Translations under genes and position numbers: made by a program
Notes under the pieces: generated by a model
Database searches by the model: none
The model's input: the letters and a program-made list of their open reading frames with translations, nothing else
What the model was told of the DNA's origin: nothing
Assembly: GCF_001194135.2 (NCBI RefSeq)
Contig: NC_068985.1
Span: 1,465,230-1,514,832, forward strand
Length of the DNA stretch: 49,603 nt
Source: Octopus bimaculoides
Lineage: Eukaryota
Direction: 5' to 3'
Shown: one piece after another, positions 24,620 through 36,416 of the stretch
How positions within the stretch are numbered: position 1 is the first letter of the stretch
Layout of the letters: every line of letters begins with the position of its first letter

Positions 24620-24960
24620 GAAGAAGACTGACCTACAAGAGTCCTGTCCCAGAGAATATGACCAAAGACTGCGTGTACTACATCCCATGCAGCTGTGGTA
24701 GGTTATACAAAGTTGAAACATGCTGCCCTCTCAGAATAAGGGTAGAGGAACAACGCAAAGCTGTGACATGAGGAGATATTGATAAATTGGGTATAGCTGA
24801 TCGTGTATGGAAAAATGGAGACCACCTCCCCCTGTGGGATGAAGTTAAAATAATAGACAGGGAACAACACTGAAAAATATGAACAGCATAGGGAACCTGT
24901 GTCAAGGAAGGATAGGAGAATATTAGATTTATAAGCCCTAAAATTCACTCCATAATTGCC
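24620..24960 (+). mobile_element. Penelope-like GIY-YIG endonuclease remnant
   Basis: From 24646: VPENMTKDCVYYIPCSCGRLYKVETCCPLRIRVEEQRKAVT*GDIDKLGIADRVWKNGDHLPLWDEVKIIDREQH*, matching the PLE pattern VYxIPCxCGxxYxGxT...RxxEH...W.xVxIIDxE. Confidence 0.85.
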
Positions 24961-24971
24961 CATGGGCATAT

Positions 24972-25240
24972 GGCGTAGTGGTTAAGAGCACAGACTACTA
25001 ACCCCAAGATTCCAAGTTTGATTCCAGGCAGTGACCTGAATTATAATAATAATAATAATAATAATAACATCAAAAAGTACCTTAGAAATGAGAAACCAGG
25101 TCCAAAAATTTCCCCAAGACACCTGATGAAGGCTGGAGGGTATATCAGCTGAAACATTGTGTTAACAACAAGCAAGATGAGATCAAATATCTTTCAAATG
25201 TAAATAATGTACATAATTCCTCATCTCTTAAATATAGAAC
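24972..25240 (+). mobile_element. tRNA-head/(TAA)n/hammerhead-tail element, copy 1
   Basis: A-box-like TGGCGTAGTGG, B-box-like GTTTGATTCC, (TAA)n, then a tail shared with 29491-29680 (minus) and 29683-29994 (plus). Confidence 0.85.
25118..25163 (+). ncRNA. Minimal type I hammerhead ribozyme motif (mutated copy)
   Basis: GACAC-CTGATGA-A-GGCTG(GAGGGTATAT)CAGCT-GAAAC-ATT-GTGTT: core intact, with stem II and stem III changes relative to the three-copy consensus. Confidence 0.65.
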
Positions 25241-26116
25241 GGCAACTACAAAGTTTAGCGGTGTAACACTCTTGGATAGACCAACTTACACTCCTGGCAC
25301 CCTCTGTTAATTTCTTGTTGGGCCACCATTTTTCGTTTTGCAACCTTAATATAATACCAATTATATTAAAGGTTTATACTGAGTTTTAGATGTGCTGCAT
25401 GTTTCTATCTCTTTGTGGGCAAAAAACGTGGGATGGAATTCTCTCTCTGCCAGTCTGTGTGTCTATGTGAACTACCATCTGTGTTTGCGTGTATATTAGT
25501 GCCCGTGTATGTGTATTGTGATATTGAGTCTGTAAAAACTGATGTTATTCTCTTTTTCTGTGTGTGAATGCAATGTTTGAACGGGGAGTGGTCTCTTCTT
25601 TGCCAGTTGAATGTTTGTGCATGTGTCTTACTCTTGGTGCATGCGAAAGTGATAGTGTAGATATCTATGCTTGTGGGAGCACAGACGAGCCAATAGGTTT
25701 GTATGCAGTGAGGGTGCATAAATATACTACATAATCAAGATATAGAAACTGGTCTTGGTTTCTTATGTGAAAAATAGGGTAAAATAAATAAAACTGGCAT
25801 CAAAGAAAGAAATAATTTCTGTCTCCGTTCTTTGCTCCTATTTTAACTGCTTCTTTGAAAGAATTAGTTTTGAATAAAATAATCTGCATTGTAAACTATT
25901 CACTTTCATTAATCTCATTTGTCAAAATTTATATATGCAGTAAATGGTAGCAGACGATTTGATTGATTGAGATTTTGTGGTCCAGGTTAGATCACCACAT
26001 GGAGCCATTTCAAAATCACCGTGAGAACAGAAGGAAATTGGAACAGAACAGAAATAATTTCAAAGAATTTTATTTTATATACATACATTGGCATATACAT
26101 ATATATATATGCACGT

Positions 26117-26159
<43 letters not shown>

Positions 26160-26174
26160 NNNNNNNNNNATACA

Positions 26175-26205
<31 letters not shown>

Positions 26206-26655
26206 TGGGTAAAATCTACGACGCTGAGGTAAAAAAGCAAACATGGAGCCTGTTAGGTTGACACTCAGGAAATGGGAAAGGAAAAAATGAAAGAAATGGT
26301 TCTTATGCTTCAAGTATTCAGTTTTCTTCTGAAAGAAAGGAAAAACAATGAAAGAGAAAATAAGGAGAGGAAAATAGAGAAAAGGAAATGTAAACGTGTA
26401 CAACTGTCATGGCATATAAATGTGTATCTATATATATATCTATGTGTGTGTCTGCATATATATAAATGTGTATGTATATATATAAATGTGTATGTATATA
26501 CATACATATTTATGTATACAGTTGAGGTGTGTTCTGTTAAGAATGTGTAAGAGTACAAATAGAGCTCGTTGACCCTTAGAATTCCCAAATAGCCGATAGT
26601 ATTCTTATGGTATGCTACCAATTCTAGTCTTAGGTATTCCTCGTGGGTGAAAATT

Positions 26656-26813
26656 AAAAAGTAAAAAGTAAAAGAGTCAAAAGAAAGCGTACGGTCAGGC
26701 GGCTGTAAATCCTGTATATACGAGGATCTGTATGTATCGAAATATTTGTAGCGATTAAAAAGCTGCCTGACTCAACTTACTCTTCCTTTTGACTCTTTTA
26801 CTTTTTACTTTTT
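26656..26813. repeat. Short element with perfect 28-bp terminal inverted repeats
   Basis: 26656-26683 (AAAAAGTAAAAAGTAAAAGAGTCAAAAG) is the exact reverse complement of 26786-26813; inner GGTCAGGCGGCT / AGCTGCCTGACT is also inverted. Confidence 0.75.
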
Positions 26814-26914
26814 GTGTATGTATATATATATATATATAAATGTGTATGTATATATGTGTATGTAAACATATAAATGAGTATGTACATATATACATGTGTA
26901 TATATATATGTGTA

Positions 26915-27225
26915 AGGATTTTCGAGCGAGATCGTTGCCAGTGCCCCTATACTGGCTCTTGTGCGGGTGGCACATAAAATACACGATTTTGAGCGTGGCC
27001 GTTGCCAGTACCACCTGACTGGCCTTGGTGCGGGTGGCACGTAAAAGCACCCACTACACTCTCTGAGTGGTTGGCGTTAGGAAGGGCATCCAGCTGTAGA
27101 AACTCTGCCAAATCAGATTGGAGCCTGGTCTTGCCATCCGGTTTCACCAGTCCTCAGTCAAATCGTCCAACCCATGCTAGCATGGAAAGCGGACGTTAAA
27201 CGATGATGATGATGATGATGATGAT
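26915..27225 (+). mobile_element. Repeat family B copy with two internal tandem units
   Basis: GTGCGGGTGGCAC(A/G)TAAAA twice, then the family B core and (GAT)n tail. Confidence 0.9.
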
Positions 27226-27231
27226 GATATA

Positions 27232-27269
<38 letters not shown>

Positions 27270-27429
27270 AATATATATATATGTATGTATGTACGTATAT
27301 GTATGTATGTATGTGTGTATGTTTATCACATTATACCTTCCTAATGATACTAACCATTCTTAACCTAGAGACCCTTACTGATTGATATTTTCATATGATA
27401 AATGGATGAAGAAGCGTAGCAGCCTTGCG

Positions 27430-27705
27430 TCTTCTCACTGACTGAGACTAATCTGAGAAAGAGAGAAACATACCTTTCACCTGGAGCCCTGGGTCATATA
27501 TGTTCATAGGGTCAGTTTCCCAGTCCCCCCTCCCAACCCCACCAGTCCATCGTAGGATCACTCGCTTTTACCAGTTGAGTGGACTGCAGTAACGTGAAAT
27601 GAAATGTCTTGCTCAAGAACTCTACACATTGCTCAGTCCAGGAATTGAAACCGCTATCTTACCACCATAAGTGCAACACCCCAAACACTAAACCACATGC
27701 TTCTA
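27430..27705 (-). mobile_element. SINE family D copy
   Basis: GAGTGGACTGCAGTAACGTGAAATGAAATGTCTTGCTCAAGAAC, plus a tRNA-like head on the minus strand ending near 27705. Confidence 0.7.
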
Positions 27706-28585
27706 CACGATGACCATTGGGTATGTATCTCCAACCATTGTCTTGGATCATTGATCCAATGCAATGGTCAAAGATACATACCCAAGGTACCATTCTATGG
27801 AACTGAACCTGAAATCTCATAGTTGGGAAACAACCTCCTTTGTCACAAAGCCCTATCTTTAATAGTATTACTGACCTATCTTTTTTAACTTCATAGCGTT
27901 TGCATTTACCGACTTTGATGAGTTGTAATGTTTTATAAAAGTAATAAAATTGATTCAATTATTTATATATTATTGTAAAAGAAAATGTCAGTTGTTGTGT
28001 GTGTTTCTGCAAAATGTGTTTGGCTTTATCACACCATATGAGATAGTAAAAAATTATTCCCATCATTAATCACTCTTTAAATTAAATAAATCACTAATTG
28101 CAGTAGTAACAATTCAACACCAAAATTCAAACCCTATTCTTCAAATGATTCACTGAAGAATGCAATAAAAATTTCCCACTATTGCATTAAGCAATTTATG
28201 GCATCAAAAATGTCAGCAGAAGTATTCAAAGCAAAGGCCAACCGTTTTGGAGGAAGATGAACAAAAATAGGCAAAAGTTACGGTGCAAGTGATAATTTGT
28301 GGGTCAAAGAGTCAAACAGTTGAAGTGCTGGTAACGAAGCGTTTTAGTTGCACAGAAGTGACATTTTATTTCAGAACTTGTTCTGTTTAATCTGCAGTAT
28401 TTCTTTCTGTGATCTTTGAAATGGTAGCCCATGAATTGTGAGGACCAGTATAATGTGATGACTGGCATAATGTGTTCAACTTAAATGAATTATCAATAAT
28501 CGATAAACAATAATCAATAAGAAGTAAATGCTACCCCAATAAAAAACCAGCAACATCAACAATAATGGCCATATTAATAATAATA

Positions 28586-28626
<41 letters not shown>

Positions 28627-29490
28627 ATAAAGCTTTTTTTATTATCACAAGGGTGGTGGATGAGGGGACATTACAGGGATAGGTTACACTATAAAAGAAT
28701 AATGAAAGTAACAGTAATAATAAAGCTAATAAATAAGTAGTAGCACAAGAAGGGCAATAAAAACAACAACAACAACAGCAGCAGTAGTAGCAGTGGAAGC
28801 AGCAGCAGCAGCAGCAGCAGCAATACTGCTTGACTGCCTGTAATAACAAGTGAACTGAACAAGGCAATTATTGCTGTGTTCACTTTAAACTTGCCAAAGT
28901 CTTTGTTCTTCCTTTGATAGATTTATTGATTTGACCTCATTCTTGTTGTTTCCTTAAAGACTGTCAAACGATTGGAAATCTTTGAGACATTGGTATGAAA
29001 TTGTAATGAAGTAAATCCATTAGAGAGTAATCTGAGCTTCGGAAGTAAGTAATGCTGTTCATGAAACAAATTTGTTTGGAGAGACGGTGAAAGAGGGACG
29101 CTGGAGGGGCCAGTCTTACTCTCTTCCATAAAAGTTTTATAAAGATGCCAATTAGTTAACAAATATTAGGAGACACCTACATAGGTGGTGGTTTCAAGTA
29201 TGAGGCATGACCTTTGTTGCTAAGTTAGAGATATGCATAACAAGTACACGAGGAAGAAGAAGGAGGAGAAGAAGAAGAAGAAGACGTTGTGATCTGAAAT
29301 TCATCTAAATTTCTAGAAGCTTAGTTCAAAGTTGATTTTGTATGAGAAATAAAAGTACATCTTATAGAAACATAATCCACAGACATTTAGAGTTACCGTT
29401 GTCATCAGCAGCAGCAGCAGTGGAATCAGAAGCAGCAGCAGTAACAGCAGCAGCATTTAACATCCATGTTCCATACTGGCAGGAGATGAA

Positions 29491-29680
29491 CATTATTTAC
29501 ATTATTTACATTTGACAGATATTTGTCCTCATCTTGTTTGTTGTTAACACGTTTCGGCTGATATACCCTCCAGCCTTCATCGGGTGTCTTGGGGAAATTT
29601 CAAACCTGGGTTCTCATTCCTAAGGTATTTTTCAATGTTAGTATTATTATTATTATTATTGTTATTATTATTATTATTAT
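29491..29680 (-). mobile_element. Hammerhead-tail element, copy 2 (headless, inverted)
   Basis: Reverse complement of the tail of 29683-29994; motif GACAC-CCGATGA-A-GGCTG...CAGCC-GAAAC-GTGTT at 29546-29588. Confidence 0.85.
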
Positions 29681-29682
29681 GT

Positions 29683-29745
29683 GGCATAGTGGTTAAGAGC
29701 ACAGGCTACTAACCCCAAGATTCTGAGTTCAATTCCAGGCAGTGA

Positions 29746-29781
<36 letters not shown>

Positions 29782-29994
29782 TAATAATAATAATAATAAT
29801 GATAATAATAATAACATTGAAAAATACCTTAGGAATGAGAACCCAGGTTCGAAATTTCCCTAAGACACCTGATGAAGGCTGGAGGGTACATCAGCCAAAA
29901 CGTTGTGTTAACAACAAACAAGATGAGGACAAATATCTGTCAAAAGCAAATAATGTAAATAATGTAAATAATTCCTCATCTCTTAAATATAGAA
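29683..29994 (+). mobile_element. tRNA-head/(TAA)n/hammerhead-tail element, copy 3
   Basis: TGGCATAGTGG A-box-like, GAGTTCAATTCC B-box-like, (TAA)n, and a tail as in copy 1. Confidence 0.85.
29864..29909 (+). ncRNA. Minimal type I hammerhead ribozyme motif (G12A mutated copy)
   Basis: GACAC-CTGATGA-A-GGCTG(GAGGGTACAT)CAGCC-AAAAC-GTT-GTGTT. Confidence 0.6.
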
Positions 29995-32364
29995 TTATAT
30001 GAGATGAACAGTCTTCCAAGAAACTAGATGCTTGTTTTTCTCCATGCAGCTTAAAAGGCTATGAACCCAGATTAGCAGCTTTATGCTGGGAGATATGAGA
30101 GGTAGGAGAGAAGGAGCCAGAGCAGAAGGGGTCTCTTGTTGTAGAGGAGTTACATGACAATTGATATCTTAGAAGAAAGAACTGAAAAGAGATAAAAAAA
30201 AAATATTGGTGGTGAGGTGTCAGAGTGAATACTCTAAATACATGATGAGGAGAAATGAGTGGGACCAGCGGTATAGGTAGGAGAGGAGTTTCTAAAGATT
30301 GGGTAGGATTGAAGGGGTGAGATGTAGTGAATGGTGAATAACCAGAAGACATATGAGTTAGGGAAGATGGGGAGAGTAGGAGATAAATGACAATGTGGAG
30401 CAGCAGAATATTAATGATAATGTAGTAGACAGGAGAAAGACGAGAGAGTTGACATATGGTTGGGTAGGTTGGGAAACTGGGGGTGGGGAGTGAAAGAGAG
30501 ATAGGTGTAGTGAGAGATACATGGTGGTGATGCAGGAGGAAAAATAATGTGAAGGTACAGAAGGTGATAAGGGTTGTCAATAAAAATGTGGGTGGGTAAT
30601 AGTATGAAATAATGGTGTAATGCAAGTGGCTAAACTGGGAAATAAAAAAGAAGAGTCAACAGAATGAAGAATTTTGTGCTCAGAATCTTCTGATTGAGAT
30701 GAAATTGTCAAGTAAAAGAATTGCTAATTTAGAAATATTCTTGGTAGTCTTGATTCTAAACATACTTTACTCCACCTTTAGCTTCAAGGGAGGATGTGAG
30801 GCAAAGTCTATTGTGATGAATTAATATAGAGAATAATATTATTGTGCTGTTGTTGTTGTTGATGTTGTTCAAATATTTCTGTGCACTTTTCAAACGTCTG
30901 AAGCATCGGGACATATGAACAGCTCTCATATCTATCATCAGAATGAGTGCTTTCAGCCAAGTAGAAACAATCTTACAAATGCCCTAAACATTCTATTGTA
31001 TCTCCACTATTTATAATGCATTGCTTGCACTTCTAAACAGCCATTTTGCTCTTAGTATATTTTCATATTCCTCTCGTCTGGCTTCTTTTTCTGCACCTCT
31101 CTCTCTCCCCCTCTATCTCACTTTCTCTCACCATTCTCTCTACGCTTTGAGATAACTGAAATGGAACCAACTTACAAATGGACAGCATTTGTTTCTATTG
31201 CCAAATAAGTGTTTTTAGATAAGTATAAATCAACTATTGTTCATAAGCCATACACTTTATGTTGTTTCTTGTCTGTAATGTATACTTCTAGACAAAATTT
31301 CTTATTGCCCATCTCTACTGGTTCTACACAAAAATTGATAGCCTCCATATTAAGTGCTGCACTCACCATTTTTCTGGAGAGTGACATTCCTTTTTCCTTG
31401 AACAGTTGATATAAAAGTTATAAACAATCTAGAAACATACTGCATACGCTATCAGGCAGTAAATGTTTCAGTGATCAGTGTGCTGTAGACTGGGTTTTCT
31501 GCATCCAGATTGTATCAATCTTTTATCTGTAGATCAGAAGATTTTTGTTGTCTATTTTATGAAAGGAAAGCAAAATTCCAGCAGTGTAGGGGCGCTATAA
31601 GTCATCAAAGACAACATTCAACAACAATAGATGCAGCTTTGAGATTACGAAGAGGAAAATAGAATTTTGTCTGGAGTAACTCTGGAATGTCTTAGTGTAT
31701 TTATTGCAGACACAATTGATCAATGAGCATCCTTAAAGAGCTTATTTCATGGACAAAAGCTAACAGTAAGAGTCAAATGTTTAATCTTTGTATTCTAGTC
31801 TATAATGCTCTGTATCATAAAGAGATAAAGTCTCTGTGAAACTGAGCCTTCAAAATGATTCCTAGATGCAGCCATGTCACATCACCTTAATGGCATTGAG
31901 AAGTGCTTCAGTGTTACTATGCCAATTGTACTTTCTTCAGTTCATTACATTTAGGTTTCACTTTTATCTCTTGAAATCTTTACAAGTGTTTACAGGTCTC
32001 TGCTTATGTAAATGTTCTTCTTCATTAAAAAAAAAAGAAAGGTTAGAATTGCTAAAAAGACTCTTATAGATAAATATAATCAAGGAAAGTTTAATGCTTC
32101 TGTGTAATCCGATAGAGAATAGAGATTTATGAATAAACTCAATATTTGGGGAAAACACCAAAATCTTTTTTATCTTGCTATTGTTTTACAAATCTAGCTT
32201 TCTTTGTGTGATATTCTTGATACAGATGACAGCAAAGATGAGATCATCCCAGTACTATTAATGTATGATGAACTTCAGCACAGATTATCAAATCTTGCAA
32301 AGATATACTGTTAGTCTATTGGTTTACTTGTAATGGTAAGAGTTTATATTATGGTGAGGGATTA

Positions 32365-33110
32365 CAGGCACAGGCATGGCTGTGTGGTAAGTAGCTTGCT
32401 TACCAACCACATGATTCCGGGTTCAGTCCCATTGTGTGGCACCTTGGGCAAGTGTCTTCTACTATAGCCTTGGGCTGACCAAAACCTTGTGAGTGGATTT
32501 GGTAGAAGGAAACTGAAAGAAGCCATCATATTTGTAATTGTGAGCCCCATGCTGGTAGCACGTAAAAAGCACTATCTGATCATGGCCGATGCCAGTGCCG
32601 CTTTGACTGGCTTCCATGCCAGTGGCACGTAAAAAGCACCATCCGATCGTGGTCAATGCCAACTCCTCTGTCCCCTGTGCTGGTGGCACGTAAAAAGCAT
32701 CCACTACACTCTCGGAGTGGTTGGCATTAGGAAGGGCATTCAGCCGTAGAAACACTGCCAGATCAGATTGTGGCCTGGTGCAGCCTCCTGGCTTCCCAGA
32801 CTCCAGTCGAACCGTCCAACCCATGCCAGCATGGAAAACAGACGTTAAACGATGATGGTGATGATGTATGTATATATGTGTGTGTGTGTGTGTTTGTGTG
32901 TCTGTGTTTGTCCCCCCAACATCGCTTGACAACTGATGCTGGTGTGTTTACATCTCTGTAACCTAGCAGTTCGGCAAAGAGACCAATAGAATAAGTGCTA
33001 GGATTACAGAGAATAAGTTCTAGGGTCGATTTGTACAACTGAAGGTTGTGCTCCAGCATGACCACAGTCAAATGACTGAAATAAATAAAGGAATAAAAGA
33101 ATAAAAGAAT
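32365..33110 (+). mobile_element. Composite: family A head (32365-32525), family B with three internal units (32545-32860), family A 3' half (32875-33110)
   Basis: Each block matches other copies in the window; GCACGTAAAAAGCA occurs three times. Confidence 0.85.
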
Positions 33111-33679
33111 ATATGTTTTGGGTGATGGGCTATTTCATAGAATAAGCATTTTTTAAGGTGCTGTGGCTATGGTGTAATAGTAGAAATAACTACTGTTCCC
33201 TGCTCAATACTTTGCTTACCTCTTCATTTGCTTATCTTTCAAATCCCTAACACATGTTCCTTCTTATCACTCATGCCTCTTGAACTCCTTTGGTTATCAT
33301 GGAATCCTTCTCTACTCTTGCTCTAATATTCTACCAATGTGATGAAGGATAGAAGAGGATCTCTTTACTTTTCTGTTCAGGGCTTCCAGGATAACTAGCA
33401 GAGGATGCCATCGAATGTAAAAGATCCTGTCTGCAAAAGTCCACCCATCTCTCTTGTAATCCTTATTATCCCAGCTCTTTACTATCTAAAGGTATAAACT
33501 TAAGGGACCTCATCAGACCTTTCTGTACCCAGTACATGCTACCTATACTCTTTGACTAGTTGATACCAACACTCATCATGTATTCTTACCATTCATCCAC
33601 TTCTTGCTATCCAATCATTCTCTCGCCGTTTCCTTTCAAGTGCTGGTTAAAATGCATCTAGCAGAACTGTGTTGGGTGG

Positions 33680-33930
33680 GAAAGACTCCTTAATCCTGTT
33701 GAAGATGTAAAACCTTCTGAACGTGGATGCCACAGAAAACCCAGGATGCTCTGTAAGGTGGTTAGTATGAGGAAAAACATCCGACCAAAGAAACCAAGCT
33801 GAAACTTACAATTGAGAAATGGTCCCTTACCACATCTAGTAGAGCAGCAACGTCTCATCCAACCCATGCCAGCACAGAAAGAAGACATAAAGTTACAGCA
33901 ATGATGTTGATGAATATGATGTTGTTGATA
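33680..33930 (+). mobile_element. Degenerate family B-like tail
   Basis: CATCCAACCCATGCCAGCACAGAAAGAAGACATAAAG followed by a (GAT)n-like tail. Confidence 0.55.
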
Positions 33931-34764
33931 ATTTACACACATTCACATGCACATAAATGTGTGTATGTGTCTATCTATATACATGTGTATGTGTGTTTGT
34001 ATATTTAATATAGTCACATTCGCACACTTATATATCTTGTTTTTTTTTTCTCTTCCTTTCTAGCCACTTGTATGTCTCTATATTTGTCTCTATATACACA
34101 GCGTCACATCTGTCACTTTATTTGTCCACTAATATATAGACATATTTAACTATCTATTAGCTCGTCCATCTATATATCATTTCCACATATATAATTTCCC
34201 TCCTATACATCAGATACATTCTCTCAAATGATATTTATTTATATGCTAAACACATGTCACTGATATATCACTCACTGATGCATACATTTCCTAAATTACT
34301 CCCTGTTGTATATATTTGGTAGAAGCACTCATTTAGATATTCTTTTATTATGCAATTTCCTTCCATATTTTGTTACCTTATTAGTCACCATTTCCCATCT
34401 CTACCATGTGATTCTGAGTGAAACGCCTTTGAATTAACAAGTGTCGCTAGAAATGATTTTAGTAGACAGTTGCAAACTAATGGCATCTGACAATATCTCA
34501 TTCTCAATAGTAGGTATAAGAGCTTTATTTAATTTTTGCTGATTTTTTTATTTTGCTTTTTTTCTTTTTATTTATTTCTTTATATGTGTTCTGTGTTTTT
34601 GTGGCAGGAATTTCATATATATTATTTAGAAAGACCTATATATAGTTTGAATTTCAGCAAGGGAGCTATTTGGGAAGTGAACCATTCCAAAATACTTTTG
34701 TCATTCATTGATCAATATTTCAGCAGATGTGAGACTATTTCTAACCACTCTAAAATGAATCATG

Positions 34765-34960
34765 TCACCATCATCATCACCACCACCACCACCACTATCA
34801 TCGTCATCATCGTCATCATCATCGTCATCGTTGTTATCATCGTCATCATCATCGTCATCGTTGTTATCATCGTCATCATCATCGTCATCGTTGTTATCAT
34901 CGTCATCATCATCGTCATCATCATCGTCATCGTCGTCGTCATCATCATCTTCACCATCAT
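34765..34960. repeat. (ATC/GTC)n microsatellite with a 30-bp higher-order unit x3
   Basis: TTGTTATCATCGTCATCATCATCGTCATCG at 34831, 34861 and 34891. Confidence 0.9.
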
Positions 34961-35709
34961 GTAATGCCTGTTTCTGTGTTGGCATGAGTTGGACATAACC
35001 TGTCTCTCACCACTTGTAGCTGTCCATCATCATTTAATATACACAACATCAGAGAAAACAATGTTTATTTCTTATTCTCTCTACTACAAGCTATTGGTCT
35101 TTTTAAAAACTCTCTTTCATCTCTTTTTTGTTTTGGTTCCATGTCTTTTACTACCATCATCGTCTTCAGCAACTAAAATATAATGAAAGAGGTCAATAGT
35201 AAGTTCCAAATGATAACCCAACAGAGTTTTATTTAAGGTCTTTCCCAGCCCCCTAAAAAAAAATAAAGTAAAGACCAACCCATTGGTTCTGCTTTCAAAT
35301 TTCTCTTCTGTTAACAGTTTTAAATCGATTTTATTATTGCAATCTTTCGATGGCTAATTCTTCAAATTTTTATATTTCAGAACTTTTCAGAACATATTTT
35401 TCCAACAAGGATTAAAAATGTAACATAAATAGAATGGGAATTGATATCTTTTACATCAGTAACCTAATAACATATCGACTCAGCAACACTTATTGTAGAC
35501 CAATAAAATTTATATTTGGAATGAAAGGATATTGAGCAAGAAAATAGAAACAATGGTGAAATCTATTCTTTGTAAAGATTAAAAGATGTACTTTCTTTGA
35601 GCTGTGTGTTTTCTTAATTTAAAGCTGACTTTACTGAGAAAAAGCAATAAGACTTACTTCCATAAGACTGAAGCAAACTAAAATGTAATAAAGCATTCCG
35701 ACCATTAGG

Positions 35710-35743
<34 letters not shown>

Positions 35744-36416
35744 CTGTCGTCGTCTACATCATCACCACCGCCACCACCACACATTCATCATCAAGGTAAG
35801 TCTTTTGTTTCAATGTTCTTCTGTGAAATAAAGCAAATGTGTTCAAGATTCACACACAGACAGACATTGACCTTTGTTTCACAGTAAAACACAGAAACAA
35901 GAGAATTATCTTCACGTATTCATTGTTACTGTAATCTATAAAAGACGTTGGTACCATTGTAGTACAACTTCGCCCGCCAACAGAAAGATTTCATCAATTT
36001 CCATCATTTTTCTCACCCTTATTTCATCCAATCAGATTTGGCTATTTTACAAAATAATTTGATGTTTCTCTTGACAGAATTTGGACAGAATCTTCAATTG
36101 AGTTCGTCAACAAATTGGCTCCACCATGTAGTATTCTATTTCATTAGTCATACAATCATGTTTACTTAAACATAACAGCAAACAATTTTAAGTGTTTTCT
36201 TTTGGCCCTTTTGTTTGCGTCGGAAAGCTTCTGTTGGAGTCTGTATTTTAATAGAAAAGAAAACAATACAGGCCAATGTAAGCCATTGTTTCTTATAAAC
36301 AAGGAGAGACTGTAGCAGTGTCAGCCGACTTCCTGTTGGCCATCTTGCCCGCACATTCTCTCCACAGCCCTTTTATTACAGATATGGAAAAAAGGCCCCA
36401 GGACATGTTAGTCATG

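Noticed and set aside
24972-25040. Possible genuine tRNA gene (also 29683-29750)
   Set aside because: A/B boxes are present, but I cannot fold a complete cloverleaf with an acceptor stem, and the head is embedded in a repeat. Treated as a SINE head.
30059-30625. 188-aa minus-strand ORF with TIISYYYPP, like a LINE endonuclease strand
   Set aside because: C/T-biased sequence is poor in stops, and no GDFN or SDH motif was found. It may be an old LINE but I cannot support it.
32545-32720. Regularly spaced repeats resembling a CRISPR array
   Set aside because: Three internal units of a eukaryotic repeat with related spacers and no cas genes.
33200-33660. Possible RTE RT remnant (PLLVILEAL)
   Set aside because: Only one partial motif, and other frames suggest conflicting assignments.
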